A DNA stretch of 39,381 nt from Lama guanicoe (lineage: Eukaryota), in assembly GCA_013239625.1 (NCBI GenBank), contig MU054032.1:744001-783381 (forward strand), read 5' to 3'. The notes beneath the pieces are model-generated. The model was not told the origin of the DNA. It did no database searches and worked only from the letters and a program-made list of their open reading frames with translations. Positions 1-12,755 of this stretch are shown here, one piece after another. Each line of letters begins with the position of its first letter. Positions within the stretch are counted from its first letter, which is position 1. The position numbers and the translations under genes were made by a program.

Positions 1-520
1 GGGGCTGAGGTCCGTTTTTCCAGGCTGGTTGGGTGGGGTGAGGGTGTTCAACGCCTGGGGCCCGGCTGGCCGAGGGTGGGCGTCAGACCCTGGCCCTTGA
101 CCTCGCCCTCTGCTCGGTCCCGGGCCTCGGCGGCGGCGGGGCGGGGTTCGGGCTGGGCGGCGGGCGCCCCCACCCCTCTCCTGCGGGGAGAAGAGGGGGC
201 TGGGAGACGTGGATCTGACCGCGGGTTTCCGGGTGGGAGGGGCCGGGAATGGGGGCCGCGCAGGGAAGGTCTCGAGGGCCGGCAGACTGCTCCGGAGCCA
301 AGATCCCCCCTCGGCCAGTTCTCATCCCCCTGCCCTCCCCTCTGCTCCAGGCCAGGCAGTCATGGCGGTGGAAGGAGGAATGAAATGTGTCAAGTTCTTG
401 CTCTACGTTCTCCTGCTGGCCTTTTGCGTGAGTGAGGAGCGGGGACGGCGAGGGCGCGCTGGCGGGGTGCGGGGAGACCTGGCCCGGAGTGGTGAGGGCT
501 GAGGGATCAAGAATGAAGGC
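1..520. promoter_or_regulatory. CD63: CpG-island-like 5' region of CD63 (first intron and first coding exon); the TSS is probably upstream of the window
   Basis: High GC and CpG density, GGGCGG boxes, splice acceptor ctccag at 345-350 just before the ATG exon. Confidence 0.6.
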
Positions 521-2752
521 AGCTGGAGACCAGATGTAGCAGGAGAGCCGAGGAACGACCGAGGACAGCACGGCCATCCCCTCCTCCAGTTTTCAGGGAC
601 CTCTGAGGCTGGTCTGGACTGAGAATGGCCGGCCCGGGTGCTCAGCACCCTCGCCACAACCCCTTCTGGCCCTTCCTGTCGGGTGACCCAACCTCTTGTG
701 ATACGGGGCAGTGGGGCAACCAGCCAACCGCCTGATGCTATCGCCAGGCCACGGGGTGCCCGTCCGCTCCTCCTCTATAGAGCCGGCTCCCCCTCCACCT
801 CCTCTTCCCTGTCCGCTGGGCTGCTCGGGGGTGGGGAAGGGCTCTGCCCACCTCAATTGCTCTGCCCTGGCCTTCTGGCCTGAGAGGCTACTGTTCGTGC
901 AGGGAGGGGCAGAACCTCTTACCCCCTTTTTCTCCTCTCTTCGCTCTGGCCTAGTCACAGCTGATGATGATGTGGTGGGATTGGAGGGTAGTGAGAGGGC
1001 AGTTCTGGGAGCCCTACAGGCTCATAGGAAGAGGCCTACCTTTAGGAAGTTTTACTGGTGGGAATTCGTGCCCTGGGGTCAAGGCTTTCTGGGAACTTCT
1101 CTTTTTGTGTTTGGTGAGTTGCTGCTTGAAGGAAGGCGTGGTTGCTGACTGCCTTCTCTCTGAGAGCCTTGAACAATTTCCCAGACTCCTCCCCCACAGT
1201 CAAAAGTTTCCTGGAGGTGTGAGAATCTGTTTCTCTGGGATGGGGGTTCTGGCCATGTCCTGGGTGCACATGTCGCCCTTCATTGTGGAGGCCTGATGGT
1301 GTTTGGGTCTTCTGAATCCTGACCTGCCCTCCTTGCAGGCCTGTGCAGTGGGACTGATCGCCGTGGGTGTAGGGGTCCAGCTTGTCCTGAATCAGACCAT
1401 TACCCAGGGGGCCACCCCTGGCTCCCTATTGCCCGTGGTCATCATTACAGTGGGTGCCTTCCTCTTCCTGGTGGCCTTTGTGGGCTGCTGTGGGACCTGC
1501 AAGGAGAACTACTGTCTTATGGTGACGGTGAGTGGGGTACAGGCCAGTGTGGGTGCCTGGCACTGCCAGAAGGGCATTTCTCTGGAGGGTGGGTGGGGGA
1601 GGGAAACCTTTGTGAATGTTCCTGAGACTGGCAGGCCCCTCTCACCCAGACTCCAGACCTGACTCCTGTCCTTTGCTGCAGTTTGCCATCTTGCTGTCTC
1701 TTATCATGCTGGTGGAGTTGGCTGCGGCCATTGCTGGCTACGTGTTTAGAGACAAGGTAAGCAGAGAATAAGGGGAGGACCTTGCCTCAGAGGCCTGGTT
1801 GCTCTGGGATCCAGGTGCTCTGAATTCTGGCTTCAACAATGCTTCTCCCTACTCCCAGGTGAGGTCAGAATTTAATAAAAACTTCCAGCAGCAGATGCAG
1901 AATTATACGAAAAACAACGACACAGCATTGATCCTGGACAGGATGCAAGAAAAGGTGAGTAGAGTTGCTGGGAGCAGGGGTAAGGGAGGAAGTCTCATCT
2001 CCATGTTGAAGATGGAAGTTCACTTAACAACCTTCTTCCCCATATCTCTCCTCTCCCCTAGTTTGAGTGCTGCGGGGCGGCTAACTACACAGATTGGGAG
2101 AAGATCCTTCTCACGGCCAAGCGAGTCCCTGACTCCTGCTGTGTCAATGTCACTCAGGGCTGTGGGACCGATTTCAACTTGAAGGCGATCCATACCCAGG
2201 TAGGGAGGAGGCCAAGGTCGTTGGGACTCGGGGAACCTGGGAAGTATTTCAGGAGGCAGGAGCAACCCGGGTGCTGGTGGAGAGGGTTGGTACTCTGGGA
2301 AGTTGGGGGTCAGGGATGGAGGGAATCTGGGGATGCTTGGGTAGGGTGAAAGGTACAGAGCATGGGGGAGACAGGTGGTCCGGGGAAGGAGGTGGGAAGT
2401 CTCTGATGGTGTGCCTGCCACCCTTCAGGGCTGCGTGGAGAAGATTGGGGTCTGGCTGAGGAGCAACGTGCTGGTGGCAGCTGCAGCAGCTCTGGGCATT
2501 GCTTTTGTGGAGGTGAAAGCGCCCTGGGGCATCTGGGAACGCGGCAGTGGGAGGGCGCTGAGCAGGAGGCACTGGCCCAGGGGAGGGGGTGGGGAGCCCT
2601 GTTTGTGTCTGGGGTCTCTTGAATGGGTCCAGGGTGCCTTGCTGCTCTGACTCCTCTTCACCCCTTCTCTTATCTTTTCCTTCTAGATCCTGGGCATTGT
2701 CTTTGCCTGCTGTCTGGTGAAGAGTATCCGAAGTGGCTATGAGGTGATGTAG
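362..2752 (+). CDS. CD63: CD63 tetraspanin (LAMP-3), 237 aa, 7 coding exons
   Basis: Exons 362-427, 1339-1527, 1682-1756, 1859-1954, 2062-2199, 2429-2512, 2687-2752, all GT-AG, total 714 nt. Starts MAVEGGMKCVKFLLYVLLLAFC, has CCG and PDSCC tetraspanin motifs, ends with the lysosomal-targeting GYEVM-stop. Confidence 0.98.
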
Positions 2753-2815
2753 GGGGTCTGGTCTGTTCAGCCCCCTCATCCAGGGGGAGTGGAGTCATAT
2801 ACTCCAGGTTTTTCC

Positions 2816-2821
2816 ATTAAA
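2816..2821 (+). terminator. CD63: CD63 poly(A) signal ATTAAA
   Basis: ATTAAA 64 nt after the stop codon, followed by U/GU-rich sequence (tttgtc, ctttgtcctgt). Confidence 0.8.
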
Positions 2822-3347
2822 CGGATTATTTTTTCAGACCGAAAAGAGAGAGTCTCAGTTTGTCTTAAAGAGTGATGCTTTGTCCTGTCCCTCTGCTCAT
2901 CCATGTTGTCCTCTGGGACCTTGTTCTCTTTGCACTTCTGGGAAAAGCAGGCCTATCTTGGGTTGGTGGGTGAGTAGGGGCGGGTGTTGGGACAAGACCT
3001 GGGCTGAAGGCATGAGTTGGGCTGGAAGTGGAAGTCGGGATCTGGAGGAGGCTGAGGCCTCCGCTCCCTGTCTCCCAGTCTCATGTTGCCAGGCTCAGTG
3101 CTGAAGGGTTTGTGAAGCCACCTTCTGCATGGCTTCTTTCAGGGTGGTGACAGGTTGCTTTTATACCTGTGGGGCCAGTATCCATCCTCCTTACTTTCGC
3201 TAGTAGAATTTAAGAGGGTTTTGCCTTTTTTCTCCCTGGAGACCACCTAGTTTGGCCCTGACCCCTCTTCACCACCTCCCCACTCCTTCATTCCCAGGCC
3301 ACTGAATTTCAACACTTACTCCATAGAAAATAAAGGAAACATCCAAC

Positions 3348-3434
3348 AGTGCCCTCTGGCGGCCACTCCTTCAGGTGCCGCGTTAAAGATCACTGCCAGC
3401 TGTGGTGGTGTCCCCTTGCGCCCCCCAGCGGGGC
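3348..3434 (-). promoter_or_regulatory. Two co-oriented CTCF-like motifs between convergent CD63 and RDH5
   Basis: Minus strand TGGCCGCCAGAGGGCACT (3348-3365) and GCCCCGCTGGGGGGCGCA (3417-3434) match the CTCF core consensus. Confidence 0.65.
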
Positions 3435-3578
3435 TGGTTGTTTTGCAGGTACTAAACAGGCCAGAGACCCTAGGGGATGTCAGCTTAGGTTAGTGGAGTT
3501 AAGTGAGGTCAGTCTCTCACTGAGCACCTTCATTTCAAATCACCTACAGTATTTCTGTTTTGTTTCGAATAATACACA

Positions 3579-3584
3579 TTTATT
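3579..3584 (-). terminator. RDH5: RDH5 poly(A) signal AATAAA
   Basis: tttatt on + strand, about 100 nt past the RDH5 stop; embedded in an L2-tail-like sequence. Confidence 0.75.
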
Positions 3585-3685
3585 GAGTGGCTGTTTTGTG
3601 CCAGGCACCAGACAGTAACAGGGTGGGGACAGAAATAAATCAAAGTCCTTGCTTTGAAAAACAATCTCTTGCAGGAGGGCTAGAT

Positions 3686-6335
<2,650 letters not shown>

Positions 6336-6626
6336 CTAGTTGACTCCAGTCCTCAGGCCCTCGCCACTAATATCCTCCCTGGCTGGAAGTCTCTGATTTG
6401 AACGGACTGAGAAATTACCTGCTTGGCAGGTAACTTGCAAACTATGGCTTATCTCAGTAGAGCAAAGATCTGGGCAGAGCCTGTATCTGTGAGCCGGTCT
6501 GTGTGCAGACCTGCCTCACGGGAGCAGAGGGACTTTGTTTGCTGTCACCTCTTACCTCCTGCTAAACAGCGGGGCCTTGGTTTTAGAAACATGTATGGGG
6601 CCCCTGCATGTTAGTCCCGGGGGCTC

Positions 6627-6780
6627 CAAACTTACTGTGTGAGGCTAATCAGATCACTGTGTCTCTGAACCTGTTTCCTCATCTACCAAGTGGGGCTAAC
6701 ACCCTCCTTGCCCGCCTGAGAGCTGTGGAGAATCAGAGGATAAAGTGTGAGGGAGCACACTGAAAGCTTTAGGCTCTGAG
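6627..6780 (+). mobile_element. MIR SINE remnant in RDH5 intron 1
   Basis: acttactgtgtga...tctctgaacctgtttcctcatctaccaagtgggg matches the MIR core. Confidence 0.6.
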
Positions 6781-6855
6781 TTCTCAGTACGTGAGTATCT
6801 TCCTAGTCTCCCAGCACCGCCCTCTCCCCACCCGGGCTCCCGGCACCTCGCTTAC

Positions 6856-6990
6856 CTCCTGCGGGGAAAGCTAGCAGGTACTGCAACACCTGATGCTGCT
6901 GCTTTTGCTTTGCTTGAGAAACTCTGCTCCCAGTCTTTCCAGGCTTCCACACTAGCTACAGCTAAGGCCAAGTCCACAGCAGGTGGACTG
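6856..6990 (-). other. RDH5: Probable non-coding exon 1 of RDH5 (5' end approximate)
   Basis: Strong minus-strand donor GAG|GTAAGC at 6856/6855; AT-rich TTAATA at 7001-7006 upstream; RDH5 is known to have a non-coding first exon. Confidence 0.65.
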
Positions 6991-7597
6991 GGTGCCAGAG
7001 TATTAAGTGCATGTGGGGTGGGGGAGGGCGGGGAGGACAGGCTGGGGGAGCTGGAGCCTGCGGGCTGAAGCCAGCGCTTGGCACAGGCCGGCAGTGCCCG
7101 GGCCCTCTTCTTGGCCGTCTAGTCCAGCTGGGGTTCCTCACTACCTTTGTTGTGGATTCTCAAGAGGGGACAGATCGGTCAAGGATGGCAGCTGCCCCTC
7201 TCTGTTGGTGACCTTGGACCTGTCATCCCCCCTCCTTCCCTGCCCTGAAGTGATCCCACACCCAAGAGTTAATCTCCCACCAGGCCCAGACTCATGACAC
7301 TGCTTAGCACCAGGCTGGGGAGGCCACGAACACGTGGAGAGGCAGAGAGCCAGAGCTGGGACCAGGCTGGCTCCCAGTCCTGCTTCTCTGCTGAACTGAA
7401 AAGTGGGCCCACAGCTCTTCTCTGGGGAGGTGTGGGAAACTCCCACCCTCTGCACAGGTCCCAGGCCCAAGGAGGAAAAGAGAGCTGACTGTAAGAGGAA
7501 GGTACCTGACTCTTAGGGAAAGAGACGTCGAGCCTTCCATTCCCACCCTCTAGCCAGTAGCTCCTTGAGACAAACACAGAGAAATGGAGGCTTGGGT

Positions 7598-7603
7598 TTT
7601 ATT
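7598..7603 (-). terminator. BLOC1S1: BLOC1S1 poly(A) signal AATAAA
   Basis: tttatt on +, 64 nt after the stop; downstream GU-rich tctgtgtttgtc on the minus strand. Confidence 0.85.
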
Positions 7604-7666
7604 CATGGCCTGTCAGCCTCCCTCCTGCCCCACTAGGGGAGGCAAGAGGAGTGGGGGAGATGGGGG

Positions 7667-10600
7667 CTAGGAGGGGGCAGACTGCAGCTGCCCTTTGTAG
7701 ACATACTCCAGTGCGGTGGCGATGGTGCGCATGTCCAGCTCGATGCTCCGAGCCCAGTTCTCCACATCTCCGATTTCCTGGGAAGGGAGGGGGTGGAAGC
7801 CTGGGAGTCAGGGTGGGTGGAGTGTGGCTCTAGGGGATGGATGGGGGCACTTCTCATTAATCCCCTAGAAAAGGCTTTACCTGGACCCACCAGCTGCTTT
7901 TACCTCTTTCTCTAGCTTCTGTGACACTGGGGCCAAAGACTTCTGGGGTTTCTAGGAACATTCCCACTTCTTCCTTAACCCCAGGCCTGAGGTGACCCCG
8001 TTGGAGGCAGCCAATGGGGGCCCATGAGGAGGCTGGTGATGTAAGAAGCTTGGCCCACCTTAAGCGCCTGGTTGAAGTTCTCCACCATCCCGATCCACTG
8101 GCCTGTCTGCTTGGCAAACTGGGCAGCCTGGACCTGTAGGGTCTTCACTTCATGGTCCAGCTTTCTTTGGTTCATGTAGGCCTGGGCCACACTGAAGGTT
8201 GGAGGAGGGAGGAAGTCAACTCCCCCAGCTGGAGGGGAGCGGTCTCCAGGACTAAGACTCCACTGCAAAGTGGGAGGCCAGCCAGGAACCAGGCTGGAGA
8301 AGACTTTGTGATTTTGGCTATCCTTGGATGTGAGGCAAATGACTACCAATCAGTTCATGCAAATGAACCCGGTTCCCTCCTCCCGCTCCCAGGATTCCCA
8401 GGAGAGCCTAGCCGGGAGCTGACTAGAAACATCCCATCTCCTACCCCCGAAAGGAGTTTCTGAAGCTGGGTGAGAGAAGGGAGGGTTAACCTGGGGGGAA
8501 AGACATCCCCGAGGAAGAAGCTGGGAGGGAAAAAGGGGCGTGGGGAAGCTGGGAAAATCCAGCAGCAGGGAAACATCTGGCAGTGATCGGAAGGCCAGGG
8601 ATCTGTGCAAGAAGTTGAGAAGGGAAATTGGGCCCCTCCCTGAATCTGGGGTGGGATGGAGAGCAACCCCCTCCCCAGGAACTCAGGGTCAAGAGAAGAT
8701 GTCCCAGGGGCTGCTTCTTGGCCCTCAGTCTCTCTCCCAACCCTTCTCCTCTCGCCCACACAGACCAGCGATCTCTTTCTCTCTCCCTTCTGCTCTAGGC
8801 AATGGTTTCTCTTTTCTCCTCAATCATGGTTGACTCCAGTTACATCACTGCCCTGAGGCTGGTGTCCCCAACCCTCTGTCCGGTCCCCCTAGCCCCTGCA
8901 GTAACTGTTCTCCCTTATTGGCTGCTGAATCTTTCCCTGCCCACCCCAAAGCTTGAGGTCAGCTGGGAGACTCCACATCCGGTGCCTCCACCCGCTGGAA
9001 TCTGTGTGGGCTGGAGGGGGCAAGGGATGGGGGGACCCAGAGAGTGGGAAGGACACCTGACAGGGGCTGGGATAGACCGAGCCTTTGTTTTCCTTTCCGG
9101 GGAATGAGAGGAGCCGTGGGCAGTGACACAAAACCCTTTCTAATCTGGCTTTGGCTTAGCTGCCCTCTAAGCTGAAAGTGGGGTGGCGCCCAGCGAAGGA
9201 AGAGAAGCGGGAGAAGTCTGGGCCAACCTCCCAGCAGAGCCCAGGAGGCGCCAATGTGGGAGGTGGGGCAGACCCTGTCCCTCCTCTTCGGGAGAGCTGG
9301 CCTCGGTAGGGGGTGGTGTTCGAGCTGAAACACCCATAGGAGGGGCTCGCAGTGCTTCAACATTCCCCTGGGAGTTCCTGACATCCCGGTTTTCCTTGCT
9401 GACCTCCTGCTTCTCTCACTCACACTGCGTGAAGGGAGAGGCCTGCAGGGGAGGGAGATCAGAGGCCCCGACCACAGGCTTCTCTCCCTCTAATCCTACC
9501 CAGAGATGAGCAATGAAGATGACAGCCCCTGCATGGCTCACTTGGGTGACTCAGTCTCTGGATTCACAACCAAGCTATTCTCCTTGCCCTGCAGTGGAAG
9601 GCATTGCACTGCCTCCTTTCTCCCAGTAGACAGCCTGGCCTATCACATCATCATCTCTGTACTCTTCTGGGTCACTCAGGGTCAAGAGACAATATTCTCT
9701 GCTCTTTCCCAAGTCTTTGGCTGTTACTGGCATCCTCCTTTAGGACTGGGGCAAGGGGTGGTTTCTGGAGACTCAGAAGGAAGGGAAGCGACAGCCTGGC
9801 TCTGTGGTGGCTCCTGGCATAGGTTCTGCCCTTACCCTCACCAGCTGTGCCATCTCTTTCCTGCCAGCTGCTTCCCAGGCCTGCAGGAGGGCGGGAGGTG
9901 GAGGAGGAGAGGGTGGTAAGCTTTGGTGAAGCATGGTGCTCTCCCTCCCGCTGGAAGTGACAGCTGGACTTGGAGGGGTGAAGGGAGGTGACCAGATGGC
10001 TTCAAGTTGTGAGCACCAGGGAAGATATTGTGGGGAGGGGGGATGTGGCTGCCTCTCCAACCGCTACAGCTGCTTCTCCCTGCCCAATGTTAGGGGTCAG
10101 AGCTGACTCAAGCCTCTCTCCATGAAGTTAGGCTGAGTGGGGGAAGGGCAGGGGAATGAGTGGAACATCTCATCCTCTCAAGAGCGTCTGAGGGCCAGAT
10201 CCTATCAGTGTCTAAACCTGGTGAGAGGGGGAGGGCTAGTGTTGAGAGGAAGAGGTTCATACCCCACATTGAGGTGATCCACCAAAGCTTCTGTCAGGCA
10301 GGTCGCTGCAGTGATAGCCTCTCGCCTCCTCTTCTCTAGGGGGAGGGGGGAAAAGGGATTGGAGTGGAGATTCGTTTTTTAGAGGGATGGTGCTGAAGGC
10401 TCCCCACTCATTCACTGCTGTCTACTTGTTGTGGGAACATCTCAACTAACCTCAGAGTGCCACAGCTGAAAGGACCTTGTAAGACATTTTAGAGGTGAGG
10501 AAACTGGTACCCGGAGACGGGAAGTGCTTCACCCAGGGATGTTAACCAGTCAGTGACAGGGCCCAGGACTCCAGACTCCCAGGCACTCTTTTCCCACAAC

Positions 10601-11115
10601 CTCGGTCTAAGGATTGGTAACTCCGGGATTCCCAGCCTGGATTCAGGAAACAAGGACCCCACCCCCATCTCGCTGGTTTCAAGCCTCCAAGGATCCCATC
10701 TCGGGTGGGTCCACAACACCCTCCTCCCTCCAGGAGCGCTCCTTCCCCTTCCAGGACTAGCGGCTCCCTGGACCAATCGGCACAATGTTCCACGAGAGGG
10801 GGCGGGGCTAGGACGCCGCCGAGCCCGAAGGTGGGGGGCGTTGCCGAGAGGCACAGAGTGCTGCTAAAGGCACCAGAGCCGGTTAGCAGGGGAACGGAAC
10901 TTCCAGAAACGCTCCGTCTAATTCCCTCTCCCCAACGCCCGTGACCACTGGCCAGCGGCCATCCCCGGATCTGGGCTGGTACTCGAGGTCCAGGCTCCGG
11001 GCTGCGGCTAGGCCGATGCGGGAGAGAAAACCGCGGGGGGCATATTGGGCTCACCCTGCAACTCCTTGCGTTCATTCTGCTTGGCCTGGTGTTCCTTCAG
11101 CAGGCGGGACAGCAT
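7667..11115 (-). CDS. BLOC1S1: BLOC-1 subunit 1 (BLOS1/GCN5L1), 125 aa, 4 exons
   Basis: Exons 11115-11055, 10335-10263, 8191-8059, 7777-7667 (378 nt, GT-AG): MLSRLLKEHQAKQNERKELQEKRRREAITAATCLTEALVDHLNVGVAQAYMNQRKLDHEVKTLQVQAAQFAKQTGQWIGMVENFNQALKEIGDVENWARSIELDMRTIATALEYVYKGQLQSAPS. Confidence 0.98.
7675..7693 (-). promoter_or_regulatory. BLOC1S1: IRE1 (RIDD) cleavage stem-loop in BLOC1S1 mRNA
   Basis: mRNA GGGCAG-CUGCAGU-CUGCCC: perfect 6-bp stem with a 7-nt CUGCAG loop of the XBP1 type; BLOC1S1 is the established RIDD substrate. Confidence 0.85.
10455..10600 (-). mobile_element. MIR remnant in BLOC1S1 intron 1
   Basis: ttttagaggtgaggaaactgg...gggaagtgcttcacccaggg is the reverse-orientation MIR core. 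Confidence 0.6.
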
Positions 11116-11159
11116 GGTCGCGACGGGCTGGGGGCAGGGCAAGCCCGGCCCCCTCTGGC

Positions 11160-11240
11160 TCCCGGAACTGGAACGCGCCGCTCGGCTCCCGCGGGGCCCG
11201 GGTCACGTGGCCGAAGTGTCACGTGAGGCCCGGAACCGCC
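11160..11240. promoter_or_regulatory. BLOC1S1: BLOC1S1 CpG promoter with tandem E-box/CLEAR motifs and ETS sites
   Basis: GTCACGTGG 11202-11210, GTCACGTGA 11218-11226, CCGGAA at 11162-11167 and 11230-11235, within a CpG-rich island. Confidence 0.75.
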
Positions 11241-11944
11241 CTTCTTTTGAGACGTGGGGTGGTAGGTAGCGAGGCTCTTGGCTAAGAAGGAAGGGACTAG
11301 GAGAGGGTTGGTGGTAGGTGAGCTTTTGTCTTTATTGGGGGCTCACTTTTCAGTGAGTGTTGGAAGACGTTTTCTTTAGTATTCATATTGCAGAGCCAGT
11401 TTTTCACATCTCCTTTGAATCTCAGGCTCCCAGGAGGGTTGTTGTTGCCAGGCTGTCCATCACGGCTCGGTTGTTGGGAGAGCAGAGGCTCCCAGGACTC
11501 ATTGAAATTCTTTGCCTTCCCTGGCCTTTCTCTCCTGGCAGTTCTGGCTGGTTCCTGGCTCCCTCCCTCTAGGACGGAATGCTGTCCGCTCTTTTCCAGC
11601 CTTCTCACTTCTCACCACCCGGCCAAAGTTCCTCGCCTCTGGGTGATCATTGCAGAGAGGAAGCACTTTAGGCAGTTCCAGCGGCCTCCTAGGGAGCTTA
11701 GCTAATTTGGCTGGCTGCGTGTGGTGAACGTGCAGTTCCATCTCTGTCCTTTTGTGGTCAGGGAATGCAAACTCACTTAAGTCTTAAGGCGAAGAATAAG
11801 CGCTGCTGGCAAAGTAAAAGGTAAATTATATAACACCTTTCTGAACTACAGAGAAATTCTTCTGAGATTAACCCCAACAAGAAGCAATGATAAACGTTAC
11901 CAACATATTCTTGGTTGCCGAAATCTCTCCTGGTGCACGGTGCA

Positions 11945-12230
11945 CTGACATGCTGGGTGACTTCAGGCAAGTTGCTTACTCACTCTGGATTTTGGTTTTC
12001 TCCTACTAAAATTAGGGGATTGGATTAAATCAGTGACTTTCAGCCCTGGCTAAACATTAGAATCATTGGGGGAAGTTTTAAAAGAAATACCTTAGCCTGA
12101 GACTACTTAATTAATTAACCCCAGTATAGGTATTTTTTTAAAAAGTTGTTCAGGTGATTCTAATGTGCACCCAAGGTGAGAATCACAGGGCTAAACCATA
12201 TCTAAGGCCATTTCCAACTTTGGCATGCTC
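11945..12230 (+). mobile_element. MIR-family SINE interrupted by a MER5A-like hAT element (12031-12188)
   Basis: MIR core (gtgacttcaggcaagttgctt...aaattaggggattggattaaat) resumes after cagtgactttc...cattagaatca...ggtgattctaatgtgcacccaaggtgagaatcacag. Confidence 0.65.
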
Positions 12231-12550
12231 TCACTTGGTGATTCAGTGACATAATTGAAAATTGACTTCATTACATCTATTTGTGGGGGCTGGGGAAGAA
12301 ATGGATACTGATTAAGTTAGAATAAAACATTCTTCATGAATTTTCTGAGTCCCAGTTGGAGATTAAGTCATTCAGCTCTTTGCAGAGTAGCACCTTAAGT
12401 CCTGGGAGATGAGCAGCTGTCAAAAGATTAGTGAGTGAAATGGTTAAGTGGGAACATAAAGCAGAACATTAAGTGCCAAAGTAAAACTTCTGAATAAAAG
12501 TGTTGGATACCGTGTGTATGTGTCTATGCTTTAATGTGTTCTTTCTCCCC

Positions 12551-12755
12551 AACATTTCCTGAGTACTTAACTGTGTATCAAGCACTTTACATGTATTAAT
12601 TCATTTAACCCCTAGAACAATCGTGTGAAGTGTAATAGTCACCCCCAGTTAGCAGGGAAGAATGTGCGGTACAGAGCAGTGTAGTAATGAAGTAGAGCCA
12701 GGACACAGACGCAGGCCATCTGATACCAGATCCCCAGGGTAACCACTGCGCTGCT
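12551..12755 (-). mobile_element. MIR SINE
   Basis: aacatttcctgagtactt...agcactttacatgtattaattcatttaacccct...aaccactgcgctg, reverse MIR. Confidence 0.7.

Noticed and set aside
10773..10794. ERSE-like CCAAT...CCACG in BLOC1S1 intron 1
   Set aside because: The spacer is 12 nt; the canonical ERSE needs CCAAT-N9-CCACG.
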